Below, piece by piece: positions 43,660 through 58,139 of a DNA stretch of 64,000 bases. Numbering within the stretch: the first letter of the stretch is position 1; each line of letters starts with the position of its first letter. Under the pieces are notes generated by a model, which was not told the DNA's origin, searched no databases, and saw only the letters and a program-made list of their open reading frames with translations. A program made the position numbers and the translations under genes. This DNA is from Octopus vulgaris (lineage: Eukaryota), in the NCBI GenBank assembly GCA_951406725.2, contig OX597815.1, positions 143,716,001 to 143,780,000 on the forward strand. The letters are read 5' to 3'.

Positions 43660-44430
43660 AATTCTATGTGATTGGCTTTTGGTGAGGGGGGAATTCGACA
43701 CTGCTGCCCTCTTTTGAGTTTCCTACCTTGATATTGGTTCCTCTGGGATCTTGGATGTTTCTTGAAAACATCTACCCCTACTCCATGGAAATTCCTCACA
43801 TGTTTTGGCAAAGCGTTAAATAGCTGTGGGCCCTTGAATCCCAAGCTATTGCAGTACATGGTCCTCACCTTAGATGGGATAGCTGGGACTTTTGGAAAAG
43901 TGCAGTGACGACCAATCCGAGGCGTGGTATAACTCTCAAATCCAAAGTTTGGTGTCAGCTCCTCTAGTATCCTCCACACATATATCACTGCATACCTCTC
44001 TCGTCTTCGCTCCAAGGAGTAGAGTCGTAGCACTCTCAGTCTCTCTCAGTAACCAAGCTGTTCCATTGATGCAATCTACCTTGTGTAGCATTGCTTTAAG
44101 TTCCGCTTTTGATCTGACACTGTAGTCCAGATGGCTGAGGACGAATGTTCTCCATACGACCAGCATAGTTTCCTGGTCTCCTGTTCCGAAGTTTCTCAGA
44201 ATTCATCCGGCCATTCGCCTGCACACTACCACCATCTTGGCGGTATGCATGTGAAACGAGGCATCGTTACACATATCAATCCCAAGATCACGCACCGTAT
44301 GTGATCACGTGTCGCTCCTTTCGGCATCTAGGTCTTTCTGTAGATAATTAGCATCAGAAGCTTCCTTGACTGCTACTACTACTTTTGTGCCATCGGCATA
44401 GCTAGTAATTGTGGCTGTCTGTGTAACTGA
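43660..44430 (-). mobile_element. CR1-group LINE ORF2 3' fragment (RT C-terminal half), degenerate
   Basis: ITSYADGTK..LQKDLD, VRDLGI, WRTFVLSHLDY, LRLYSLERRRERYAVIYVWRIL..QLFNALPK. Confidence 0.88.
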
Positions 44431-46649
44431 TGACATGTATATATATTCACACACACATAAATAGTATGTATGTACAGTATTAATAAAATGCAGAAACATA
44501 TTCGATATTATAAGCTTTATAAAACCTACACGCATTTCACTAAATCGACGAACAGGACTACGATTTTTTGATAAAAAATGTTTCGCTGATGTTTATCACT
44601 TCATCTTACCAGCATGTATGTTGTTGTCAGCTGTTTTGGGGTCACCGTTGAAGGAAATCCTTAGCATAACATCGTCAGTTTCTCTATTCTCTCAGTGTTT
44701 CTAGTTATCACTGGTCTAATATTTGTCACACAATTTCTTTGATGGCTTTCCTCGTTTCCTTTTCTCTTCCTTGGTCGCCATTTCGTGATGAAACTTGTCC
44801 AGTGGTTGTCCGTACTTCTGTTGATATGCCATACCTTTGTTTATTCCTGCTGTGGAAAGGTTATCATCAATTTTTGTTTCTTCTCATCCATTTGCTTAAC
44901 TTTCTGTCTTTATGCGTTATCCCGAGCAATGATCTTTCCATTTTCTACTTCCTTGTTGTTAGGATCCAAGTTTTCACCCCATAAACGATTGTTAATGTTA
45001 TTCATTAGTATAGGATTCTTCTTTCGATGCAAACTAGATGGTTTGATTTCATATCATCGCTGTGGGAAGAGGCTCAACCTAACATTAATCTTTCCATTTC
45101 TTTCTCTTGGCCTTTTTTCTTTAGAGTTTATTTTTTGGCATTAATGTCTATAGTTTTCTAATTGTTCTCTTCAGTTCCCTAATGCAAACACCGATGTCTA
45201 CAAAATTGTCCCTTGTAAATACATGGAACACATTTATTTAGCGTTGTTCTTAATTTAGTTAGCGTTGTTATTGGTGTTAGTGGTATTGTTTCTCTTAAGG
45301 TCATTACAAGTCCAGCAGATATATGGTCAAAGGCGTTCCATCAGTGACCAACCTGTTTAATATCACCTCATCATTCATATTTTTATTGTCTGCTTTTGTT
45401 GATTAACAATTCGTGGGTCTTGCTTACAGCATAGAATTACCTCATCATGGAATGTACACGGTGTTTGATGAAGTTCAAGATATGCTACATAACAAGGGAT
45501 GAAAAAAGTGGTCATGGCTGGAAAGCCTTTAATCATAAGTATGCTTGGTTAGGGATGACTTTCATAGGCTTAAGTGCTCCCATGTCGGTAGACACATGAA
45601 GCAGTCAAAGTACTTAGGCAGAATCGAAGCATTTGCATTATGAACTGCTTTTGTAGCTTGAAGTATTTCCGGAGACAGGATGCTAGTCTGAAGTCGAATC
45701 ACTTGCACGTAGAAAAGAGAGACTGCAAGTAGATCTGTCTCTATTGACTGCTAGTTGAGGTACATAAAGTACAGTGTGGGCCGCCTGCAGTCACTGACAA
45801 CCTGGTCGCTGGTGTTCTATAGATTCTTCTGCCCTAGCCCACCCTCGGAGACGGTGTACCAGGATGTAGCAGTTGGAGCCAACACATGAGAGATTCGATG
45901 GGTGAATGAAAACCAGTAATGCCCGTCCGCCCTACTAAGCAAAGAGCTACGTGCTGAACATCAAAGGTACTATTTCTACCTGGAGGCCTCTTTACACCCT
46001 GGTGATGCCCTAGGAATAAAAACACCACCAACAACAACAACAACAATCAAATTCAGAAAACGAATTTCTCCTTCTCAAATCCTTTTTCCGATGTAGGTTC
46101 AGTGGAAAACATTTCAAAGCTCTCCTTGTGAAAACAGGAGTTTGTCCCATTTAGTGAACCTTTTGTTACGACGAATATAAATTACTCCCAGGAGTATAAA
46201 CTGATAGTGTTGCGTGTACTCTTCTATAGGACTGAAGAGTCTACATTGATGCTTTCAGTAATATTGTCCCCAAACACCTAGGTGTCTTCTTCAATATATC
46301 TAACAATTTCCTTCTAAGTTCCCGTGAATTTACTTCTGTCCCGTAAGGAGTATTTTTCCGTCTGTACTCTGACAACATAGTTCTGATGCAAGCAAATAAC
46401 TAGCAGACATTGAAACATTGAACTGTTAACCCCATTAAGTCTGTATTTCAGTTTGTGCAGAGCTGCTGAAAGCTATGGGCGTGAGCCGTTACTGGTGGGA
46501 CATGAGGTTTTATGTATAAATGAATAATGAAATATAAGGAGACGCTGTCCGCTTCCGCTCCTCACTCAGCACACTAGAATAGAGTTGGGGGAAATTATAG
46601 GGTTGTTTGTAACGTCATATTAATAGATATGGGCATCTCATATTTGCAT

Positions 46650-47925
<1,276 letters not shown>

Positions 47926-48044
47926 ACTGGTGATTGAGTCAGAGGTTCCGAACGAAACTCTTCGAATTTCAGATAGATATTTAACTTCCTAGTGAATGTA
48001 AGTTATTTCATGTGTTCTCCCCAGACAATAGTCAGCTACCCACA

Positions 48045-48088
<44 letters not shown>

Positions 48089-48144
48089 GTATATATTGGC
48101 AAAAACGGTAAGATACATACATACATACATACATATATACATAC

Positions 48145-48189
<45 letters not shown>

Positions 48190-48660
48190 GGCTGCAAACT
48201 TGTGTTCGAGTGTTGTCATCGCCTGATCGAAAGTCCTACACATGCGATGCTCGTAGATGACTCTTCAGTCTCGCCAAAGATCTACGTTCTTTACTAATAC
48301 AGTTGACAAGTATGAATGACGTTGGAACTCTTTTTGCAATTCATTCTTGTGCATTTTCGTATGGCGTTTGAGGCCTCCCTGAGGAGGCATACTCCTTTCC
48401 ACAACTCTGACACCTTTTCATTTCATACTCAGTGTAGTCCACGGCTGGTTTGGTAAGATGACTGCGTTGATGGCTTTTCAGTCCTACCTTACTGAGACAA
48501 ACACGCCTTCATTTATTACAAGTTACTTCATTGCCTAGAAGAAATTCCGATAACGGCTCAGTGTGTCATTTTTCTAACATTTCTCTTACACTTCTGTTGT
48601 TCCATTCTCTGTAGTTTAGATACTTTTGTGCACGTTTTGATGCTTTCTTTCCAACTTCCT
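48190..48660 (-). pseudogene. Decayed RTE-like LINE ORF C-terminus with three C2H2 zinc-finger motifs
   Basis: Manual translation: SWKESIK..QRMEQQKCKRNVRK; CNK*RRVCLSKVGLKSHQRSH; CQSCGKEYASS/GGLKRHTKMH; CQLY/SKERRSLARLKSHLRASH* (slash = frameshift). Confidence 0.65.
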
Positions 48661-48677
48661 TCTTCTAACGCTTTATT

Positions 48678-48804
<127 letters not shown>

Positions 48805-48829
48805 CATACATACATACATATATATATAC

Positions 48830-48866
<37 letters not shown>

Positions 48867-48912
48867 GGTGGATGGCTAAAGATAGATAGATAAATATAGA
48901 TATGAGTGACTC

Positions 48913-48944
<32 letters not shown>

Positions 48945-49135
48945 AAGATACTCACACACACACAAAATAATATAAATAAAGTATATATTTTTTTCACGGT
49001 TTATTTCCTTAGTCTTATCAAAAGCACAAAAGAGTTCCATATATATATATATATATATATAAAGCATATTACTCTGCCCCTGGTATTTGAGTACTCTTTT
49101 TTCCACCTTGTTTCACATTTATGTGTTTACTCCGG

Positions 49136-49233
<98 letters not shown>

Positions 49234-50457
49234 CCACTGTTTTGTGCTTTTGATAAGACTAAGGAAATAAACCATGAAAATTTTTTAAAATTTAGCGTAC
49301 TAGCAATGTCTAAAATACTCGGCCAGTCAATAAGGGTTAATTTAAAGTGGAGGCATATGAGAAACATGAGAAAATCGGGATTATTTGAAGTAAGGAGTAA
49401 ATTCCCTTCTTTTGCCTGTCACAAAATTTGCTCTCCAGCAAATTTTTATGACAGACGAAAGAAAGGAATTTAGTGGAATAAAAAAGACCACCCATTAGTT
49501 TTGTCTGTGCGTTGGAGTTGCAAGAAGTCTTTGGAACAGCGCTCATGCTCTGGTGGTGCCCTGATCTTCCCTGAGTGACAATCTTCACAATTTTACTGTT
49601 ACATAAGGGCATGTTGCATCGCTATTGCATCTCTGTTGCATCGCTCTTGCTTCACTCGGCAGCAGTAGTCGTTGTCGTTCAGAGCTGACTCCAAGCAAAT
49701 TCAATAATGCTGAAATTCTAATAACTGGAAGTAGCTTGAAATTTCCATTAGCATGGAAATGCGGAAACTAAATTTTGTAAATTTAAACCATTTTTTTACG
49801 CTCTTCCCATCCACAGATATAAACAGATTTGATGCTGAAAGCAATTCACACTCATACAATAAAACTAAAGTATGTCCATTTGAACATGGTTCATATCCAG
49901 AATAACTCTGAGTTTTAGAGATTTTGATTCCTCAGTATCAGCATGACATAACGAACAAAAGGAAAATATCTCACGGTTATTCCAATAAACACACATGCCC
50001 TTCATTCATTCGCATTCCTTCTAGATTCCACCACTGTAACTTGTATTATAAATAATACAATTCGTGCAGTTTTGTCTTTATTACTCCACACGAATTCCTA
50101 TCGCCTGGTATGACCGTCGATTCTAATCTCCCAGCAGGGGTATCCCCAATAATATACACTAATAGTTCTGGTACAGTTTGTAATTATCTAATTGTCAACT
50201 TCTTTGTTTTTTAGTCGTTATTTTCTGTCACCCACTCTCCGTTCTTTTTGTCAATAATGTCTTTCATTATCCATAATGTTTAGAAAAAACGATCTTGTCC
50301 ACATAGGTATTACAGTGTAATGGGTTTCTCATTTTTGTTTTTGATAATGGTTATCAAGCAGTTAACATTTTATTGCTGGTCGAAACAAAGCTGATCAACT
50401 GTGATGTGGATATGGCTAAAGTTTTTACAAAAAAAATTGAGAGAGAGAGAGAGAGAG

Positions 50458-50503
<46 letters not shown>

Positions 50504-51979
50504 GAAGAACGCCATTTTGAAAACAAAAGTTGATTTTCGGTAATGATAGAATATTTCGATTACTCACAGGAAAAATTACCGACAGTAATGTTGGTGACAG
50601 GGGTGGTAAAGACGGCTATGCCTCCACATTAACAATGAAAATAAAAAAAAATAAAATAGCGGTGGGTTTGAGGCGAGAGTTGGGGGCGACATATTTATCG
50701 ATTGCCATATCGAAGGTTCATCGAAATGGAAGCTGTAATCGGGGGAAGGGTGAAACGATAGGTCAAACTACTTTTGAAAATCAAAATCGTACAAGAACAT
50801 AACAAACGCTCACAAATATTATTTAAGTTGTATATAATTACAAATTAAAAATAAAAGCAAGCAAATTTTTATCAGGAATCGTATTCAATCATCTTGGCTT
50901 TATTATCCATTGGGCACTTAAGGCTTACTGCATCAAGGGCTATATAATAATGTGTTCGTCAGATACAGTGTAACAAGGATTACGTTATCCAGTAACACAA
51001 ATACACTTTGTCAGTCGAACATAATGTATTTAGCACTACATATATATTAGGGCTTTCACACATAGTGTATCTTAACTACATTATTTAACGTATTTTTTTT
51101 AGCTATAGTGTTTCTAGAACTACATTAATGAAAATGTATTTTAGACAATGTATCTTGGATTATCTTATATAAATGCTCCGCAGGCTCAGTGTCTCCGGGA
51201 CTAAATTATCCAATGCCTCCTTCAAGCATAATATATCTAATGTACTCCACTCTTTTGTTTAAGCGGTGAGATGTGTTTTGAGTGAGATTTGGCTATTATT
51301 TCTAGGAGGTAGAGTGATACCGAAGAAATTCTCTCCATAATGGTGGAGACGACGACGACGATGATGATGATAGTGATCATCATCATCATCAACATCATTG
51401 TTGGTTGAAGGAAGGATCAAAGGAGATGAAAAGATATTGGACAAAGTCTCCATCATTGGATGAAGAGAGGAGTGGATTCTGGTGTTTAATCTTTTGTCGA
51501 TAACAACAACGACAACTACGACAACAGCATTAGCCATAACAACAATAAAGGCATCTGCATTAACAACGACATCAACAGCAACAGCAATAACAACAGAAAT
51601 GACAACAACAGCAACAACATTATCAACAGTGACACCTCACCAACTGCTGTCAAGAGGCAAACGGATCGAGTTATAAAAGTATCTGAGGTGATAAAAAATC
51701 TTTTTCTCGAGAAAAACTAAACAATGCTGAAACATTAGTAACTCCTCCTATTTTTCCAAATCACACACATGCTCACATTCACATATATACAGGGATTCTC
51801 ATATACATACACATATACTCAGAGACACCTATTCACACTCACTCACACACAAATGCACACATACATACACGCAAACACACATACAGTAATAGTCATTTTC
51901 TCATACACACAGTTACTCTCTCACTCGCAAATATACGGGAAAAAAAATAAAGAAAAAAAACAAACAGAGAAACGAGACA

Positions 51980-52363
51980 TCTTTATATATAAAAGTCAAG
52001 TTGTGTGTCTGTCTCCTACGATTTAGATTCCTAACTACATTTTGCGGTGCAGTTTAACCGGGTATCTTATAGTCGTGATTCATATCGAGACCTTCTGGGT
52101 ATTAGCGCACGTCTACGATGAGTCTACGATTAAAAAAAAAAATTACCATAATTTTTTTTTCATTTTAATGCATTTTTTCGCTATTATATAAGGGAAGTAA
52201 CTCTCTAAAAATGTCTACGATGAGTCAACGATTTAAAAAAATTTACCATCATTTTTTACCATTTTTAATGCATTTTTTTGCTATTTTTTGGCTATAATTC
52301 TCTAAAAATGCTTATATAGTTATTTCCCTTACAAACCCGAGCAACGCCGGGCGATACTGCTAG
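51980..52363 (+). mobile_element. Non-autonomous Helitron
   Basis: A|TCTTTATATATAAAAG start, hairpin CCCGAGCAACGCCGGG (52336-52351), CTAG|T end, no TSD; internal ~100-bp tandem duplication. Confidence 0.85.
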
Positions 52364-52444
52364 TACAACATAAAGAATATTCCCCTTCTTCAGTTGTCCC
52401 TGTTTCAACTACTCTACGCGACGAAGGCGAAGACAAGACGCGCT

Positions 52445-52651
52445 GGTGAGCTGGCAGAGAAGGCGGGCTGACAACGTTAGCACGCCGGGTGAAATGCTTA
52501 GCGGTATTTCGTCTGCCGTTACGTTCTGAGTTCAAATCCCGCCGAGGATTAAATAAGCACCAGTTACGTACTGGGCTCGATGTAATCTACTTAATCCCTT
52601 TGTCCTTGTTTGTCCCCTATATGTGTAGCCCTCTGTGGGCAATAAAGAAAT
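52445..52651 (+). mobile_element. SINE family A with internal deletion
   Basis: Head, B-box and tail present; central GCCTTTCATCC block absent. Confidence 0.8.
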
Positions 52652-52796
52652 ACATATATACAGATATATTCCCTTCCACATATATACGGAGATACTTACA
52701 CACGCATACACACGCATACACACACATATACATATATAGCCTCTCGCCTTTTCATAGATACTCAAACACACACACACACATATATATATCTATCTA

Positions 52797-52850
<54 letters not shown>

Positions 52851-53052
52851 CATATACTCGCTTGCATACGTATACGGAGTCAGTTACTCACAGACAGAAA
52901 TACTGACATACCCATATCTGTTTATTTATTCATACACATACGCAGATATACTCACACATATATATATAAAGATACTGACAGACATATAAAAATATTCATA
53001 CACATTATCACACACGTAGACAAAAACACTTGCACAATCCCTCAAACACATT

Positions 53053-53196
53053 TCTGAGTTCAAATTTCGCCGAGGTTGACTTTGCCTTTCATCCTTTCGG
53101 TGTCGATAATTTAATTACCAATTGCGTACTGGGGTCGATCTAATCGACTAACCCTCTTCCCAAAAAATTCGGGCCTTGTGCTAGAGTAGAAAAGAA
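53053..53196 (+). mobile_element. 5'-truncated SINE family A
   Basis: Starts near the B-box; TSD CTCAAACACAT at 53041-53051 and 53200-53210. Confidence 0.85.
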
Positions 53197-53239
53197 TCTC
53201 TCAAACACATATCTATAGACACCCATACATACTGATATA

Positions 53240-54544
53240 CAGGGTGCGGTGAATAAATTGTCGTCTAAATTACGCAAAAATGAAAATAACATTGACATTT
53301 CATTTTAACAGATGTATTTACCAAAATTACATAAAAATATCTTGAAATACTAATGAGTAAATTTATTCAATAAAATCGCCATTGGCTTCAACCACGGCCT
53401 TCAGACGACTTCGGAATCTCCAGGAACTCTTCTGGACGGTTTCCTTCTTTAAAAGTTGGGTAATGCTGCCATAATTTTTGCCTTCATTTCAACTTTGGTG
53501 TTACAAGGAGTTTTCTTGGTCTCTCGTTCAACTGCACCCCACACATAATAATTAAGGAGGTTGCAGTCTGGGGAGTTAGGTGGTCAGATGTTAAGGGTGT
53601 TGTGGTCGCAGAAATTGTCTGACAGCCATGACTGGTTTCTTCCGTTTGTGTGGCACGGCGCAAAGTCTTGTTGCTAGACATAGGGGTCTTCCAGCAGCCA
53701 CCCTCTTGATCCAGGGCAGCACTAGCTCTTCCAGGCACTTGATGTAGGCTTCCGTGTTGAGTCTGAGGCTGTGCGGGAAGATGAATGGAGGCATAACGTC
53801 ACCATCACTAGTGATCACTCCAAACAACATGATGTTCACTGGATGTTTGACTTTTAACACTCTTGGTATATGTCCTGGGGACCCGGCAAGCCAACGATTG
53901 TTCTGTGTGTTCACCATCTGATCCTAGCAGAAATTTTTTCGTCTGAGAAAAAACCAAAGCATGTTCGGTTGGAGGGGATTCTTGAGGCTGTTCAGAAGCT
54001 TCGTAGCGCGGTCTTTCCTCTTGTCCTTGATGGTTTGGGACAAAAACTGACCCTTTCTCATCTTGCATGAGGAATACCGAATGCTTTCATGCACTACCTG
54101 TCTGATAAGAAACTCAGGCACTCCAATATCTCAGGTGATGGATCCGATCGGCTTGGAGGGATCGTTGTCAATCATAACCTGGATCTCATCAACAAATTCA
54201 AGAGTTCTTTTCTAATCAGAACGATTCAGAATGAGTTTTCCGAGCTGCCATACCTTCGTAATCCCCATTAGACTCATCCAACTCTTTCCGAATCCTCTGT
54301 ACTGTCCTCAGGTTGACACCCATACATTCTAATATGTTCGTATTGGAGATTCTGGCGCGAATGCCAAACAATACAGCATGTCGTTTCCAAATTTGTGGCA
54401 GAATGAATAGCGTTATGGTGCTGATTTTCTCACAGACAGTGCCTAACTGACCCTACTATACTGTGTAGTTGACAAAATCAAAAACAGGCCATGCGCATGA
54501 GCGAAATTAAAAATATAAGATAGCAGCAATTTACCCATCGCACC

Positions 54545-54547
<3 letters not shown>
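53240..54547 (-). mobile_element. Full-length DD37D (maT-type) Tc1/mariner transposon, degenerate
   Basis: TIRs CAGGGTGCG(G/A)TG..TAAATTG with TA on both flanks; 1308 bp. Confidence 0.92.
53365..54330 (-). pseudogene. DD37D/maT transposase pseudogene
   Basis: NTQNNRWLA, KHPVNIMLFGVITSDGDVMPPFIF, QD-FAPCHT..WLSDNF..PPNSPDCNLL-N; 37 residues between the second D and the mutated third catalytic position. Confidence 0.88.
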
Positions 54548-54599
<52 letters not shown>

Positions 54600-54624
54600 G
54601 ATGCACACATATATATATATACAG

Positions 54625-54780
54625 AAATAAGGAAAAGAACTTGCACTCCGTCGATTACGACAAGGGATTCCAGTCGATCCGATCAACGGAACAGCCTGCT
54701 CATGAAATTAACGTGCAAGTGGCTGACCACTCCACAGACATGTGTACGCTTAACGTACTTCTCAAAGAGATTCAGCATGA
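54625..54780 (-). mobile_element. SINE family E 3' fragment
   Basis: GATCCGATCAACGGAACAGCCTGCTC..AAATTAACGTGCAAGTGGCTGA..CTCCACAGAC; resembles an octopus SINE central domain (from recall). Confidence 0.6.
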
Positions 54781-55951
54781 ATCAACCCCTCTCCCGTCTT
54801 TCTGTAAGAAAACGGCTGTGCACAGTCCTAGAGTGGCGTGGCTAGAGAGTTTTAAATGCTCAAGAAAACTGTATGTCACGATGACAAAAGTGCGACTTTA
54901 CCGGTATTTGAGTGTACAAGACAAAATAAAGCGTATACAGGAATATTCTGCCATAAATATATTTTGTTTCTCTATTCAAGCTCACAATATCATGTGACGT
55001 CAAAACTTGATAAATTGATTTAAGCGAGAGAAGACTCCACAATATCAACCGCACTCCTATCTAGATGTGATGTTATTCAGAGCCAAGATCAAGTCAAGTT
55101 TTTTGAAGGTAGGTCTAAATGCAATGGATAACCGGGAGTTCTATTCCGTTTCGTCTGTAACACTGGACTAGGCACTTTTCTGACCACTCGATCCGGTTCT
55201 TTAGGTTCTCTCAATCTGCCGGAATCAGTTACGTTATGTTAGGGTACACACGTCATAACACTTCAAAGGTGCAGATCTGACGGCTACCCTCGCTTGGTTC
55301 AATCCACCTTGCAAAGCGGTTTCGCGGAAGACGACTGCGGCGCATGTTATAGCTTCTTGTTCCTATAGCTGAGAGGTGGATGCCAGGTGGATGACCTGTT
55401 CTCAAAGAAACACAAGTGATTCCACTAGAACTGGAAAAGGAGTACACGTGACCCTTGAAAGTCTCCGACATTGGTGGGGGAAGAGAGGCGGTATTCAGTA
55501 TGCTCGAATGTTAAAGCAAGCGGCGGTCAGATCTCGTTTACAAGACACCAGTTGATATGAGGTATCTCTCCTTAAATTTAATAGTGTTCTCTTCCGGATT
55601 CTCTCACTCTGTGAAAGTTTCTAGTTCGAATCACACGTGTCTCGAGATGTGCTGAAGATTTTCTATTTTGGATATATTTGGGGTACTTAGGTCTGCTCAG
55701 GACTTAGCGCTTGCTTTTTCCATGGGTATGAGTAAGTATTTCACTTATATCTCACGTATTTATCGCTGAAGAGGGGAAAATTCTTATGAATTAACTCCAA
55801 AATTGGGACCAATACGGTAATAATGGATTTTTTAGAAATTTCTATCGGTTTGTTTCGAGACGCATAAATTATAATGGTTATTGACAATTTTGTCTTTTTT
55901 TCGGCATATTTGGCATTAGAATTTTTCTTTTGCCCTTATTTTGTAAATTAT

Positions 55952-55992
<41 letters not shown>

Positions 55993-56889
55993 GATAAATG
56001 CATACTTACAGACATACATACACATGCGCACGCGCACGCACATATATAAATAACATTATTTGTCAGTATATATGCTAAGGAGCAACGTTTGTTCTTTTGA
56101 GAATATTGCCATCAATTAAGCACATTAATTTATTTCCGTCCTTATAGCAAGCGCTTGCGACGGGAAGTTTTAATTCACTTAATAATGCATGTACGTACAA
56201 AAATCTTATCGGGAATCGTGGCTGCGAATGACTGGTATCTTCTCTAGAGGGAAGAAATAGAGAAATTCTCCTCTCATATGTTCGACACTGCATCGTTTTC
56301 TATTAATTACCACCTCTATGAGTCGCCTCCATGTGAGCCCCATGGAGTTATATATGTCTGTTTGGTTTCTTGTACATGTTTACATTGCATGCTGGAATAT
56401 TTCTTCACGCGTGCAATCACGGTCTTGCATGTTACCTGTCCATGATTTCGTCCGTCAGTCTGTATGTGTGTGTGTGTGTGTGTTTAATTACACACACACT
56501 GATCCTGACAGACACACAGATACACATGAGGAGGGGATGAAGATAGGGGTGGAAATAGAGTCAACTGTTTGTTTCAAACTGTTCCCTTTGATAATATTAA
56601 CAGGAAATTGTTTAGGTTTCAAAATTAATTGAATTTTATTAATAGGAAACTACAAAGTTACCCTCTTCCCGCCACCCACTTACCCATGCACACCCACATT
56701 AATATAATTCACACTCACACGCTCATTCTTTCGCACACATTCACACAAACACCCACATGCGTACATATACACTCACACTCACGTTCACACACACACACAC
56801 ACACACATACACATTTGATATTCTTTTGCTTCATTTCTTCCAAAGATATTTCAGGCAAGTCGAATGTCCGTAGAGTGGAGGTGAGTGGC

Positions 56890-57095
56890 ATGAACTGACC
56901 AGAAGAGAAGTGGGACGTAGTGACTGGATAGAGAAAGAAAATGGACAAAAAATTAACCAGCAGATTGGTTGAAGATTTGACCAATAGGGAAAAAGTGGTG
57001 TGAATTAACCAGTAAAAAATTTAGGTTCGATTAACTAGTGGAGAAATAGGGCAAAGTGACCAGTGGAAAGGGAGGTGAATTGACCAGTAGGAAGG
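56890..57095. repeat. Degenerate ~25-bp tandem motif (TTGACCAGTAGG-like)
   Basis: About 8 recurrences of T(G/A)ACCAG-like cores at similar spacing. Confidence 0.5.
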
Positions 57096-58089
57096 AATAG
57101 TAAAAATAATATTTTTAGCCCGACAGTAATCCTCTATAGAACGCTAAAGTGGAACTTCCACCGACCTGACAGGCAGAGGGCTGTGAGCAACTGAAGACAA
57201 TGTAAGTGCATGGTGCCCAGTCTCAGCTTATGTTTGATCCAGGACCGCGGCTCTGTCAAAGAGAGGAACTGTGGAACTGCCTGTCTAACAAACGGTGATC
57301 GCATCTGCTCTCCATCCAGGAATTGCTGGAGATATCACAGTCCTCCATTTATGCCCAGCCCTCCATTCCGCAGTGATTGACCACAAACGGAGTGTCTGAC
57401 CAGTGGAAAGATCAGGTAAGACGAGAGTGGTACAAGTTATGTTGGATAACATATGATGGCGTTTGCCACCGCCGCCCAACCTTTCAGGGAAAACTTTTTC
57501 CTACAGCCCTACTTGTCATGTCTTCCCAGTTCTTTCTACTAGAGATCAAAACTGAGTCATTTAATGTGTCCGCCTGTCCAGTGTCCTCGACACCAACGGA
57601 CAGCAGTACCAGCCTCTCCAGGGTCCGAGCTCCAAGACCACCGACTTTTCTTGGCTGATGTTTGCTCCTGTCATCGCCTCATTCAAATCACCTCAATGTC
57701 CCAAGTGTCCGAGAGTAATGTCGCCCGTGTATGCCTGCACGGATCTTCCGCATTCTAGTTCGCGTATGATGCTCCTCAAGTCTCCAGTTTCCCCTGCCAT
57801 TGGTCATTAGTCAGTACATAAAGAAGAGACGAGAGGGGACAGATTTAACGAATCAAACACACGATACGGAATGTTTCCGATAGGTGACCATACGTCGCTG
57901 TATATTTTTCATCTCACTCCGATAAATATTGTGTTTTAAACACTATATGTCTATAGTATTTTTTATTTCGGACGAAAAGCACAGTTACTTGCCTGCCAAC
58001 GGTGTATATATGTTAAATATGAAACAAGATAGCTATTTTAATTGATTATCGCTTTAATTGTGTAAACCCAATTAATTGTTCAGCTCAAC

Positions 58090-58120
<31 letters not shown>

Positions 58121-58139
58121 TGTATGTATGTATGTATGT

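Noticed and set aside
45700-46500. Possible LINE UTR/RT remnant
   Set aside because: Too decayed to support by eye
57130-57820. GC-richer segment as a host exon or LINE fragment
   Set aside because: No sustained ORF or clear motif; possibly a decayed retroelement but I could not classify it
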